A DNA stretch of 64,000 nt, from contig JBMNIH010000006.1 in the NCBI GenBank assembly GCA_050950825.1, positions 192,001 to 256,000 of the forward strand. The letters run 5' to 3'. The position numbers and the translations under genes were made by a program. This document shows positions 47,001 to 57,029 of this stretch, in pieces. The notes below the pieces were generated by a model that did no database searches, had not been told where the DNA came from, and saw only the letters and a list, made by a program, of their open reading frames with translations. The first letter of the stretch is position 1. Each line of letters opens with the position of its first letter. Source of the stretch: Clostridia bacterium. Its GTDB lineage: Bacteria > Bacillota > Clostridia > JAAYHZ01.

Positions 47001-47600
47001 TTATATTTCTTCCGTCAGCTCCAGATAATCCTCTAAAAAAGCTTTAAATTCTTGTACTCCTTCCTTTTTCAAAGAGGAAAACGGGTAGATCTCGTTTCTG
47101 TAGACGCTTTCCAGCGTATTCTTTAATCGCCGAATCTCCGTATTTACTTTGGTCTTTGCGAATTTATCGGCTTTTACGGCAACAATGACATAAGGAATTT
47201 CGTTTACGGCCAGCCAGTTCATCATAAGAAGGTCGTCTTCGGAAGGCTCTCTTCGGATATCCAAAAACAAAAGAGCTAAAGCGATAGGTCGTCCCGATTG
47301 AAAATATTCGTCCGTAAGGTCCTTCCAAGCGTTCTGTTCGGATTTCGATACCTTGGCATACCCGTATCCGGGCATGTCCACAATCCGAAGACGATTGTCT
47401 ATATTAAAGAAAATGATTTGGCGAGTTTTACCGGGTGTTTGGCCTACCCTTGCAAGATTTCTTCGGTTGGTTATGGTGTTTATAAACGAGGATTTTCCTA
47501 CGTTGGATCGACCGCATAAAATAATTTCCGGTAAATCGGAAGGCGGATATTGGCCTTTTATAACACAGGTGGCTTCATGTTTTGCATTATTCCAATTCAT
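47001..47600 (-). CDS. engB: Ribosome biogenesis GTPase YihA/YsxC
   Basis: GRSNVGKSS, PGKT, DMPGYGYA, KADK. Confidence 0.95.
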   Translation of the reverse strand: MNWNNAKHEATCVIKGQYPPSDLPEIILCGRSNVGKSSFINTITNRRNLARVGQTPGKTRQIIFFNIDNRLRIVDMPGYGYAKVSKSEQNAWKDLTDEYFQSGRPIALALLFLDIRREPSEDDLLMMNWLAVNEIPYVIVAVKADKFAKTKVNTEIRRLKNTLESVYRNEIYPFSSLKKEGVQEFKAFLEDYLELTEEI

Positions 47601-47619
47601 CGTTTTTTCCTTTCGTAAT

Positions 47620-48522
47620 TTAATCTTTTTCCTTTTCCAATAGCATCTTAACAAATGCCGACGGTGCCGCAGACAAAGGGATGTTCTTCATGGTTGCGAT
47701 ACCGATATTCCTTTTGGGTATATGGATTCCGAAATCCATTTCAAACAATTCTCCCGATTCAAGCATATCCGTAATATAATCTTTTATAACAAAGGACACT
47801 CCTAAACCGCTGACGGCAAATTTAACCAAAAGGTCTACGGAGCCTAACTCCAAAGCCGGGGTTACCTTCAGTCCGTTTCGCTGCAGCAAATTATCCGCAA
47901 ATCGGCGGGTGGCCGTTCCTTTTTCAAGCATTATCAAAGGAAGCTTTGATATTTCTTCGACGGTTAAGGTTTTTCCTTTATACATTTCAAAACGTTTGCC
48001 CGCAACAAAGCAGTCTTGTATGGTATCCGCCGCCCGGATAAATAAATGGGGTTCCCTGTCTAAAGGCATATTGACGATCCCGAAATCCACCAAACCGTTT
48101 TTAAGCAGATTTACAATTTCGGTAGAAGTTCGGTTGATAACTTTAATAGTGATTTCGGGATATTTGGCTTGAAAGCGGCTTAAATATTCCGACAAATAGT
48201 ACATGCATAGAGTATCGCTGGCTCCGATCCGTACTTCTCCGGCATCTAAATTCCGAAGCTTTGCAAAAACCGCTTCGGCTTTTAAAAGGGAATTGACGGC
48301 AGGCTGAACATATCCGAGAAGCATCTGGCCGTCAGAGGTTAATTTGATTCCTTTGGATGTGCGAATGAATAAGGTGCAATTCAGTTCATCTTCCAATTTA
48401 CTTAGCACTTGACTGACGGCAGGCTGGGTTACGAAAAGCTCGGCAGCGGCTTTCGAAATGCTTCCGGTTTTGGCAACCGTATAAAAAACTCTGTAATACT
48501 CCAAATTTGCCATAGACTTCAC
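47620..48522 (-). CDS. LysR family transcriptional regulator
   Basis: GSISKAAAELFVTQPAVSQ...LE...LFIRT HTH and substrate-binding domain. Confidence 0.95.
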   Translation of the reverse strand: MKSMANLEYYRVFYTVAKTGSISKAAAELFVTQPAVSQVLSKLEDELNCTLFIRTSKGIKLTSDGQMLLGYVQPAVNSLLKAEAVFAKLRNLDAGEVRIGASDTLCMYYLSEYLSRFQAKYPEITIKVINRTSTEIVNLLKNGLVDFGIVNMPLDREPHLFIRAADTIQDCFVAGKRFEMYKGKTLTVEEISKLPLIMLEKGTATRRFADNLLQRNGLKVTPALELGSVDLLVKFAVSGLGVSFVIKDYITDMLESGELFEMDFGIHIPKRNIGIATMKNIPLSAAPSAFVKMLLEKEKD

Positions 48523-48860
48523 CGAATACGTTAAATATGTCTAAACCCCCGTTTGTACGGATAAATGATATATGAACGGAAAAGAAAAATCAAGAAAAAA
48601 CAGGCTGCAAATCTTTTTACCGGCATTTATTGTATAATCGATTTGGAGTCGGATCGAAAATTTCATTTTTAAAGTCTTTTGAGATATATACAAGCCCAAA
48701 AATAGATGGTAGAATAATCACGTGTTGCCACAGTACATTGGACAAAGCTTCTTCCCTTCCGGGTGGACAAGCTAAGATTAATGAATGTTTGTACAAGAAG
48801 GTACACAGATAGAAAATTCTATTATTCTACTTATTTTATCCATAGTGTTGGAGGGTTTAT

Positions 48861-50003
48861 ATGAAAGATCTTTTTTTGGGTCTTTTCAGCGGATTCGTAA
48901 GTATAGGCTGGAAAGAAATAGTCATGTACCTGATAGGTCTTGTATTGATCTATTTAGCTATAAAAAAGGAATACGAGCCGATGCTGCTCTTGCCTATCGG
49001 GTTTGGCTGTATATTGATTAATCTGCCGTTTGCAGTTGCATGGGAATTGGAAGGGGATCCGGGATTTTTACAGGTATTATATAACAGCGGTATTAAGAAC
49101 GAATTGTTCCCTATCCTCATATTCATCGGTGTAGGTGCCATGATCGACTTCACACCTTTATTTAAGAACCCGGTTATGATGTTCTTTGGTGCGGCCGCCC
49201 AGTTCGGTATTTTTGCAACCATGTTGGCTGCCATCGCTCTTAAATTTGACTTGCCTGTTGCCGCAGCAATCGGTATCATCGGCGCAGCCGACGGTCCTAC
49301 CGCCATCTACGTTGGGAATAAGTTTGCACAAGAGCATTTTGCCGCCATATCCGTGGCCGCCTATTCTTATATGTCCTTGGTTCCGATCATCCAACCTCCG
49401 GTCATCCGTCTTTGTACGACCCGAAAGGAACGTTTGATCCGTATGGACTACCACGAAGAGCCCGTACCCAGAATAACAAAAATCATCTTCCCCATTGCCA
49501 TTACATTGATTGCAGGAATTTTGGTTCCGAACAGCGTTCCGTTGGTAGGCTCCTTGATGTTCGGTAACCTAATCCGCGAATGCGGCGTATTGGAAAGACT
49601 GTCACAAGCCGCTCAAAACGAGTTGGCCAATCTGGTAACATTGGTTCTCGGTATAACCATCGGAGCTACCATGAAAGCGAACCAATTCTTAACGATTGAT
49701 ACGATTTTGATTTTGGCTTTAGGTCTTGTAGCCTTTGTATTTGACACGGCCGGCGGCGTCTTCTTTGCGAAGTTTGTCAATCTGTTCTTGAAGAAGAAGA
49801 TCAATCCGATGGTTGGCGGCGCGGGAATCAGTGCATTCCCCATGTCAGCCCGTGTTATTCAAAAGATGGCTCAAAAAGAAGATCCTACGAACTTTGTTTT
49901 AATGCAAGCCGTCAGCGCCAACGTTTCCGGTCAATTGGGCTCGATCGTTGCAGGCGGTGTGATACTGACACTTATTCCGCTGCTAACAGGAATTGGAGGT
50001 TGA
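48861..50003 (+). CDS. oadB: Na+-translocating decarboxylase beta subunit
   Basis: YEPMLLLPIGFG, GAAAQFGIF, IIGAADGPTAIY, AAYSYMSLVP. Confidence 0.93.
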   Translation: MKDLFLGLFSGFVSIGWKEIVMYLIGLVLIYLAIKKEYEPMLLLPIGFGCILINLPFAVAWELEGDPGFLQVLYNSGIKNELFPILIFIGVGAMIDFTPLFKNPVMMFFGAAAQFGIFATMLAAIALKFDLPVAAAIGIIGAADGPTAIYVGNKFAQEHFAAISVAAYSYMSLVPIIQPPVIRLCTTRKERLIRMDYHEEPVPRITKIIFPIAITLIAGILVPNSVPLVGSLMFGNLIRECGVLERLSQAAQNELANLVTLVLGITIGATMKANQFLTIDTILILALGLVAFVFDTAGGVFFAKFVNLFLKKKINPMVGGAGISAFPMSARVIQKMAQKEDPTNFVLMQAVSANVSGQLGSIVAGGVILTLIPLLTGIGG

Positions 50004-50007
50004 TGAA

Positions 50008-50154
50008 ATGTTAGAAAATATTCGAAATGCAAGCGTATTCTCTCAAGGACTGTTTGTTACCGTTGTCGGACTTATCGAAACATTCCTGATCTTGCTCCTA
50101 TTCTTTGCCGTTATTAAGATCATGGGTAAGCTGGCTTCTAAAGAAAAAGAATAA
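50008..50154 (+). CDS. oadG: OadG-family decarboxylase gamma/delta subunit (48 aa)
   Basis: Read manually: MLENIRNASVFSQGLFVTVVGLIETFLILLLFFAVIKIMGKLASKEKE; GGAGGT RBS; immediately after oadB. Confidence 0.75.
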   Translation: MLENIRNASVFSQGLFVTVVGLIETFLILLLFFAVIKIMGKLASKEKE

Positions 50155-50169
50155 AATGCACCGATATTA

Positions 50170-50203
50170 AAAAAGGGGATCGAACAAAAGATCCCTTTTT
50201 TTT
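50170..50203 (+). terminator. Terminator after oadG
   Basis: AAAAGGGGATC-gaacaaaa-GATCCCTTTT followed by a T-run. Confidence 0.7.
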
Positions 50204-50313
50204 TGCTTTTAAAAACATTAAAAAGAGTCGACACTTGATCGTATCGACTCCGTTTGATGTCCTTAATTTTCGTGAAACACGCAATTTTGATGTGAATACT
50301 ATAATAATGATAA

Positions 50314-50490
50314 TTACTTGTATTTTCTTTTTCTTGCAGCTTCGGATTTCTTCTTTCTTCTTACGCTCGGTTTTTCATAATGCTCTCTTTTTCTGACTTC
50401 AGCGAGAACGCCGGCCTTCGCACACTGTCTCTTAAAGCGTTTGAGTGCATTATCTAGAGATTCATTTTCTTTAACCCTGACTTCTGACAT
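50314..50490 (-). CDS. rpsU: 30S ribosomal protein S21
   Basis: Read manually: [58 protein letters not shown]. Confidence 0.97.
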   Translation of the reverse strand: MSEVRVKENESLDNALKRFKRQCAKAGVLAEVRKREHYEKPSVRRKKKSEAARKRKYK

Positions 50491-50639
50491 GTTATCCCTC
50501 CCCTCCGATGGGCCGCGAAATATCTTAATTCAAGTTATAGACCGGATGCAATATCGAATATTTCACCGGGTATAATTTACATACATTATTAATTATAATT
50601 CATGTTGACGTCAAAATCAATCACAAATTCTGCTGAAAA

Positions 50640-50981
50640 CTAAACCATGCTATCGGACATGCTTTTGCCGCCTAACAAGTGAAAGTGCAAGTGGAATACC
50701 GTTTGCCCGGCTGCCTTCCCGCAATTGTTGATGATCCTATACCCGGATTCGTTGACACCGGTCAGCTTGGCGATTTCCTTTATGGCAAGGAAAATATCCG
50801 CCAAGATCGAGGCGTTCTCCGAGTTGATATGTTCCGCATCCGGGATGTGTTCCTTAGGTATGACGATAATATGAACCGGAGCCTGTGGATGAATGTCTTT
50901 GAAAGCAAGTACCCGATCATTTTCATAAACCTTCGTCGAAGGAATTTCACCTTTTACGATTTTGCAAAATATACAGTCCAC
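50640..50981 (-). CDS. hinT: Histidine triad (HIT/HinT) nucleotide-binding protein
   Basis: DCIFCKI, QAPVH, GQTVFHLHFHLLGG; GTG start after GAGGTG. Confidence 0.92.
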   Translation of the reverse strand: MDCIFCKIVKGEIPSTKVYENDRVLAFKDIHPQAPVHIIVIPKEHIPDAEHINSENASILADIFLAIKEIAKLTGVNESGYRIINNCGKAAGQTVFHLHFHLLGGKSMSDSMV

Positions 50982-50991
50982 GTCATCCACC

Positions 50992-53631
50992 TCAAATATT
51001 CTGTACGATGTCATAAATTGCTTCAACGGCTTCCTTGATCTTCGAAGGATCTTTTCCGCCGGCTTGCGCCATATCCGGACGACCTCCTCCGCCGCCTCCT
51101 GCAATCTGTGCAATCTGTGCAATGATTTTACCACAATGAATCGGTTTGTCAAGTAAATTTTTAGTCGCCGTAACCACAAAGTTGGCTTTGCCCTTGAATT
51201 CAGCGCCTAAAACCACCAAAACGGTGCCAAGCTTGTTCTTAAAGGTATCGGCGGCATTCCGTAGAGCATTCATGTCCATGGAGTCCATAACGAGAGCCAA
51301 AACGGGAATACCGTTTATTTCCCTTACCTTGCTCGAAGCATCACTTGCAGCGGCGCCCGTTAGCTTCGCGGTCAACCGTTCCACTTCCTTTGTCAGTTCC
51401 TTTATTCTGGACAGCTGGCTTTGAACCTTCTTCGCCGCTTCTTCCGGAGAAGCCTTTAAAAGCTCCGAAACTTCATTCAGCTGCTTTTCCTTTTGGTCAT
51501 AATATGCCAAAGCATATTTTCCCGCTACCGCTTCAATACGCCTTACTCCCGCTGCAATACCGGTTTCGGTAACTATCTTGAAAAGACCGATATCCGATGT
51601 ATTCTTCACATGAGTTCCGCCGCACAGCTCTTTCGTAAAGTTCCCCATGGAAACGACGCGAACCTTGTCTCCGTATTTTTCATCGAACAAAGCTTCCGCT
51701 CCGCTCTTTTTCGCATCCTCCAAATCCATCAGCTCGGTTACCACCTTGTAGCCTTCGAATACGGCATCGTTGACGATACGATTGATTTTTTCGATTTGCT
51801 CGTCGTTTACGGGATCAAAGTGGGTAAAGTCAAAGCGAAGACGATCATAAGCTACCAAGGATCCGGATTGGTGCACGTGATCCCCCAGAACCGTTTTTAA
51901 GGCTCTATGAAGCAAATGAGTGGCACTGTGATGACGTGCCGTATTCTTCCTTTTTTCCTTGTCGTAACGAGCCGTTACAACGTCTCCTGTTTTTACCGAA
52001 CCGGCTTTGACGACTCCCGTATGAAGGAACAAGCCTTTCGGAGATTTTGTACAATCCTTTACTTCCATCTCCATGACGCTGTTTTGTATCGTCCCGGTGT
52101 CTCCTTTTTGTCCGCCGCTTTCGGCGTAGAATACGGTACGATCCAAGACCACGGTGACTTCTTCTCCCTCTTGGGCGCTGTCAACCAATTCTTTTCCGTT
52201 GGATATATACAAGACCTTGCCTTGGCATTCTTCTTCGTCATAGCCAAAAAATTCGGTAGGCTCCGCATCGTTTATCAAGTCAAACACATCCAAGTCCCAA
52301 GCTTGGCTTTCGTCGGATTTCAAGGCTTCTCTTGCCATTTGCTTTTGCTTTTCCATCTCTTGAGCAAAACCTTCTTCATCGACGGTAAAGCCTTTTTCCT
52401 CGGCAATATCCTTGGTCAAATCGATGGGAAATCCGAAGGTGTCATGAAGCCTGAAGGCGGTTTTACCGTCAACTACACGGATTCCCGCTTCTTTTGCCTT
52501 TTCCATGAACTCTTCCAACAATTCCATCCCTTGATCGATGGTTTTTGCAAACCGATCTTCTTCGGTTCCTAAAACTCTCAGTATGGTCTGCCGATTGCTT
52601 TCCAAATCCGGATAAGCGAATTTCGATTGGTCAATGGCTACATTGGCAATGTCCGTCAGGAATTTTCCTTGTATTCCTAAAAGCTTGCCGTGACGAAGGC
52701 TTCTTCGAATCAAACGTCTTAAGACGTATCCTCTTCCTTCGTTGGAAGGCAAAACGCCGTCGGAGATCATCATGACGGAACCGCGGATGTGGTCCGCAAT
52801 AACCCGAATGGATACGTCGGCCTTCGCGTCCGTCTTATACTTAATCCCGGCTTTTTCGGATATGGCTTCGATAATGTTGGCAATGGTATCCACTTCGAAC
52901 ATGGAATCCACTCCCTGCATAACGCAGCCTAAGCGCTCTAAACCCATACCGGTGTCAATGTTCTTCTTTGCCAAAGGAGTATACGTTCCGTCTTCTTCTT
53001 TGTTAAACTGGGTGAACACCAGATTCCAAACTTCCATATAGCGGTCGCAATCGCAGCCGGGCTTGCAATCCGGAGAACCGCAGCCGTAGCTTTCTCCTCT
53101 GTCGAAATAGATTTCCGAGCAAGGTCCGCAAGGTCCGGTTCCGTGCTCCCAGAAATTGTCCTTTTTACCCAGCTTGACAATACGTTCTTTCGGTATTTTT
53201 ACTTCCTCAGCCCAAATATTGAAAGCTTCGTCGTCTTCTTCGTATACCGACACCCATAATAAGTCTTTCGGCATTTCCAATACCGAAACGAAGAATTCCC
53301 AAGCCCAGTGAATGGCTTCTCTTTTGAAATAGTCGCCGAAGGAAAAGTTTCCTAACATTTCGAAAAAGGTGCCGTGGCGAGCCGTCTTCCCTACATGATC
53401 AATATCCAGCGTGCGTATGCACTTTTGGCAGGTAGTGATTCTTGTACAAGGCGGCTTTTCTTTTCCGATGAAATAAGGTTTTAAAGGAGTCATACCCGCA
53501 TTAATCAACAAAATGCTGGGATCGTTTTCAGGCACCAGTGAAAAGCTCGGCATACGAAGGTGCCCTTTTGTTTCAAAAAACGATAAATATTTCTCTCTTA
53601 ATTCATTTATTCCCGTCCATTTCATAAGCAT
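50992..53631 (-). CDS. alaS: Alanine--tRNA ligase
   Basis: NAGMTPLKPYF, FFEMLGNFSFGDYFK, HSATHLLH, ELCGGTHV, GGGGRPDMAQAGG. Confidence 0.98.
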   Translation of the reverse strand: MLMKWTGINELREKYLSFFETKGHLRMPSFSLVPENDPSILLINAGMTPLKPYFIGKEKPPCTRITTCQKCIRTLDIDHVGKTARHGTFFEMLGNFSFGDYFKREAIHWAWEFFVSVLEMPKDLLWVSVYEEDDEAFNIWAEEVKIPKERIVKLGKKDNFWEHGTGPCGPCSEIYFDRGESYGCGSPDCKPGCDCDRYMEVWNLVFTQFNKEEDGTYTPLAKKNIDTGMGLERLGCVMQGVDSMFEVDTIANIIEAISEKAGIKYKTDAKADVSIRVIADHIRGSVMMISDGVLPSNEGRGYVLRRLIRRSLRHGKLLGIQGKFLTDIANVAIDQSKFAYPDLESNRQTILRVLGTEEDRFAKTIDQGMELLEEFMEKAKEAGIRVVDGKTAFRLHDTFGFPIDLTKDIAEEKGFTVDEEGFAQEMEKQKQMAREALKSDESQAWDLDVFDLINDAEPTEFFGYDEEECQGKVLYISNGKELVDSAQEGEEVTVVLDRTVFYAESGGQKGDTGTIQNSVMEMEVKDCTKSPKGLFLHTGVVKAGSVKTGDVVTARYDKEKRKNTARHHSATHLLHRALKTVLGDHVHQSGSLVAYDRLRFDFTHFDPVNDEQIEKINRIVNDAVFEGYKVVTELMDLEDAKKSGAEALFDEKYGDKVRVVSMGNFTKELCGGTHVKNTSDIGLFKIVTETGIAAGVRRIEAVAGKYALAYYDQKEKQLNEVSELLKASPEEAAKKVQSQLSRIKELTKEVERLTAKLTGAAASDASSKVREINGIPVLALVMDSMDMNALRNAADTFKNKLGTVLVVLGAEFKGKANFVVTATKNLLDKPIHCGKIIAQIAQIAGGGGGGRPDMAQAGGKDPSKIKEAVEAIYDIVQNI

Positions 53632-53643
53632 TTCTCCTCTAGG

Positions 53644-54915
53644 TTATCTTAGTATGTCGGTTCCTACGATAGCCCGCAAAACTTCGGGGACAATAACCGA
53701 ACCGTCTTTTTGCTGATGCTGTTCCAATATGGCCGGCAGCAATCTTGAGGTTGCCAATCCGGAAGCGTTCAGCGTATGCAAATATTCGTTCTTCTTGGTT
53801 TCCGTTCTCTTAAACCTCATATTTCCTCTGCGAGCTTGGTAATCGTATGCGTTGGATGCGGAGGAAACTTCCTTGTATTGGTTCATACTCGGAATCCATA
53901 CTTCGATGTCGTAGGTTTTGCCCATGGAAGCACTGCAGTCTTTCGCCGCCAACTTGCTGACTCGGTAGTGAAGCCCTAATTTTTGTACCAAAGCTTCCGC
54001 TTTTCCGATCAGTTCTTCAAGAGCTTTTTCGGAATCTTCCGGTTTGGTGTATTGGAACATTTCCACCTTGTTGAATTGGTGTCCACGAATCATTCCTCGT
54101 TCTTCTGCTCGATAGCTTCCGGCTTCCTTTCTGTAGCAAGGCGTATAGGCAAAATATTTTTTCGGAAGCTCTTCTTCCTTCAGCACCTCGTTTCGATGAT
54201 AGCTGATCAGTGCGGTTTCCGCCGTCGGCAACAGGAACTGTACTCTTCCGTCCGGGTTGTTCAGCGTGAAAACATCGTCCTTAAACTTCGGAAATTGCCC
54301 TGCCGTATAACCGCATTCTTCGTTTAGGATATGGGGCGGTAAGATAAACTCGTAACCGTCCTTAATATGCTCTTGAATAAAGAAATTAATCAAGGCCCAT
54401 TCCAGCAAAGCACCGTTTCCTTTGTATATCCAAAAACCGCTTCCGCCGATTTTGGCTCCTCGTTGGTAATCCACCAATCCTAAGGATTCCGCCAACTCGA
54501 TATGATCCTTCGGAGTAAAATCAAATTGCGGTACTTCGCCCCAAACTCGAACAACTCGGTTGTTTTCTTTCCCTCCGGCAACCACATCCTCCGCAGGCAT
54601 GTTCGGCAGCGCATCCATAAACTCTTTGATTTTTGCGCTTAATTCGTCGGCCTTCGCATCCAAATCCTTGATGCGGTCCGCGATCACTTTCATTTCTTCC
54701 AGCTTCGCCGTTACGTCTTCACCCTGCTTTTTCATTCTCGGTATCATAGCCGATACGGCATTTCTTTGCGCCTTCAAGGATTCGGATTCCGTAAGCGTAG
54801 CACGATACTCCGCATCCCATGCTAATAGCTCGTCAAAGCTGATTTCGTCCATTCGTTTTAATAGCGCCTGTCTTACCTTTTCAGGGTCTTTACGTATTAA
54901 ATTTATATCCAGCAT
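53644..54915 (-). CDS. serS: Serine--tRNA ligase
   Basis: LLPTAE, YRKEAGS, RGHQFNKVE, EVSSAS, HTLNASGLA. Confidence 0.98.
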   Translation of the reverse strand: MLDINLIRKDPEKVRQALLKRMDEISFDELLAWDAEYRATLTESESLKAQRNAVSAMIPRMKKQGEDVTAKLEEMKVIADRIKDLDAKADELSAKIKEFMDALPNMPAEDVVAGGKENNRVVRVWGEVPQFDFTPKDHIELAESLGLVDYQRGAKIGGSGFWIYKGNGALLEWALINFFIQEHIKDGYEFILPPHILNEECGYTAGQFPKFKDDVFTLNNPDGRVQFLLPTAETALISYHRNEVLKEEELPKKYFAYTPCYRKEAGSYRAEERGMIRGHQFNKVEMFQYTKPEDSEKALEELIGKAEALVQKLGLHYRVSKLAAKDCSASMGKTYDIEVWIPSMNQYKEVSSASNAYDYQARRGNMRFKRTETKKNEYLHTLNASGLATSRLLPAILEQHQQKDGSVIVPEVLRAIVGTDILR

Positions 54916-54947
54916 TTGTCTTCCTCCCGTTATATTATTTATAACTT

Positions 54948-55180
54948 AAAAAGCTTTCATCCCAAAAAAGGGACGAAAGCTTATCATTTCCGCGGTACCA
55001 CCCTTGTTAACCGAATCAATTCGGTTCACTCCGTAAGGATTGATATCCGTATCCTTAAACGGCCCGGTATTAGCCGGGTTCTCGGGAGTGGCTTTCGACT
55101 TTTGCGATTTATCGGCTTGCACCTACCGCCGACTCTCTGAATAACCGACAAAAGCTACTTTCTCCGTCGCCGAATTATCC
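54948..55180 (-). ncRNA. T-box riboswitch leader (Ser, AGC specifier)
   Basis: T-box AAGGGTGGTACCGCGG (~54989-55005); AGAGA and GGTGCAA stem-I motifs; GAA-AGC specifier (55093-55091); terminator AAGCTTTCGTCCC...GGGATGAAAGCTTTT. Confidence 0.92.
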
Positions 55181-55202
55181 TGTTCAAAATAAATCTTAAG
55201 CA

Positions 55203-55231
55203 AGTATACTAAATTCTATACCTTATGTCAA
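55203..55231 (-). promoter_or_regulatory. Sigma-A promoter of the serS leader
   Basis: TTGACA-17 bp-TATACT. Confidence 0.75.
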
Positions 55232-55533
55232 CAAATTTTTCCTTGTAAACCTTTTGAAACCGTGTACCCGTATACCGTATACCTCTGACATCTAAAACTC
55301 TTGTTTAACATCGTTACGGCTATATAAACATCTCATGTAATTTCATTGCCGTAAAATAAAACCAAGTCCGCATAATGAAGACCGATAGTCTATTTCTTCG
55401 GAAGTCTTTTTATAAGCCGGCGGTTACGAAGATGGACGAGGATTCAAAATCGGTAACAGGTCGAAACGGTATAGAGGTAAACGACCGTCAAGTACTCGAA
55501 AGATACAATGAACTCGATATGTAACTCTTTTTA

Positions 55534-56787
55534 TTATGCATCTTTTTCAGGCGGTACATATTTTTCAATGGCTTCGTCAAATTCCAGCTTGATAACCGGA
55601 ACTTCCCCCGTAAGATCATCGGCGGGAATTCCGCGGATTCTTAATATGGGTTTTTCCTTGTATAAATAGGGCGTAATATCCACACGGGTTTCCAATTCCT
55701 GTCCGGTATTCAGTAAAACCGCTTTGTTCGGAAGAACATCAATCGGCGTCAGTACGATGCCGCTGCTGATAACGGGAATATTGACATGAGCGTACAAGGT
55801 ATGATGTTTTCTTGTCAGCATTACGTTGTTGTCCGTTATCATGTCGAAAGCGGGAACCGCATCGTCAAAGGCTTCTCTCACCTTTTTATACCATCTGCCG
55901 ATGCTTCGGATAATCCTTTGGGCCTCTTCCGGTATGACACCGGATGCATCCGGTCCTACGTTCAGAAGGTAATTTCCTCCCATGGCCATGATTTTATCGA
56001 TGCTGTTGATCAAATAGGCAACGGAATAGTAATCCTCGTCTTGCTTGTAGCCCCAACTGTGCTTCCCCACCGACTGGCATGCTTCCGTTGGAAGCTCAAA
56101 ACGTCGACCCGGAGGAACGCTCCGCTCCGGTGTCTTGTAATCTCCCTCACCCGGCCCTCGGTCGTTAATCATGATGCCCGGCTGCAATTTGCGAATCAGG
56201 TCGTTGACGGAAGGGTCCTTGTACTCGGCGATATTCAAATCCCAAAAGAAATGGGATATGGGGCCGTAGTTCGTGCAGAGCTCTTCGATTTGCTTGATCA
56301 CATATTCATTGTAGTAGCGGTTAATATCCGGATCGTCTCCGGGCTTCGGCCGGGAAAGCTCATGGCTTCTTCCCAAATTGGGGTAATACGGATGATCCCA
56401 ATCCACGCAGGAATAGTAAAGACCGACTTTGATACCTCTTTCGTGGCAGGCATCCGTAAGTAATTTTAGAATGTCTTTTCCGTATGCGGAATTCATGATG
56501 TTGTAATCCGTTTGCTTCGTATCCCACATGCAGAATCCGTCGTGGTGCTTTGTAGTGAAGCAAATGTATTCCATCCCGGCTTCCTGCATCAAATCAATCC
56601 ACTCATGGGGATTGAACTTTACAGGATTGAATTGCTTTGCGTAATGCTTGTAGTCAAAGGGAGACATATTCCTTCGCCATAAAATCTGTTCATGCCATGC
56701 CGGTATGGCATAAATCCCCCAATGCACGAACATCCCGAATCGATGTTGAAAGAACCGGTCTCTTTGATCGTTGAATTTTTTAATCAT
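55534..56787 (-). CDS. Alpha-L-fucosidase (GH29)
   Basis: FGMFVHWGIY, TTKHHDGFCMW, FFWD, INDR, SWGY, LLNVGP. Confidence 0.93.
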   Translation of the reverse strand: MIKKFNDQRDRFFQHRFGMFVHWGIYAIPAWHEQILWRRNMSPFDYKHYAKQFNPVKFNPHEWIDLMQEAGMEYICFTTKHHDGFCMWDTKQTDYNIMNSAYGKDILKLLTDACHERGIKVGLYYSCVDWDHPYYPNLGRSHELSRPKPGDDPDINRYYNEYVIKQIEELCTNYGPISHFFWDLNIAEYKDPSVNDLIRKLQPGIMINDRGPGEGDYKTPERSVPPGRRFELPTEACQSVGKHSWGYKQDEDYYSVAYLINSIDKIMAMGGNYLLNVGPDASGVIPEEAQRIIRSIGRWYKKVREAFDDAVPAFDMITDNNVMLTRKHHTLYAHVNIPVISSGIVLTPIDVLPNKAVLLNTGQELETRVDITPYLYKEKPILRIRGIPADDLTGEVPVIKLEFDEAIEKYVPPEKDA

Positions 56788-57029
56788 AAAACCCCCGTAA
56801 ATTCCGTTAAAAACATTACATACTCAACATTGGATTAAAAAGATAGTGTGATAAAAGAAGGTAATTACACTATCCTTATCGAAGAAAATCTCCTTACGGC
56901 CTCATTCGTTAAAAATTGTCACCGGTACGAACAACCGAATTGCGGTCGATATAACGCTTTATTCTTTTAAAAAAAGTCGCGAACCGGTTTTCTTCGAGCC
57001 TTATTACCGAAAACTGCGATAATTTAGAA

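Noticed and set aside
50982-51179. N-terminal extension of the HIT ORF
   Set aside because: It overlaps alaS; a GTG with a good RBS at 50981 gives a normal-length HinT.
55240-55530. ~300-bp intergenic region as a possible ncRNA or small gene
   Set aside because: No convincing stems, RBS-linked ORF or known motif seen by eye.
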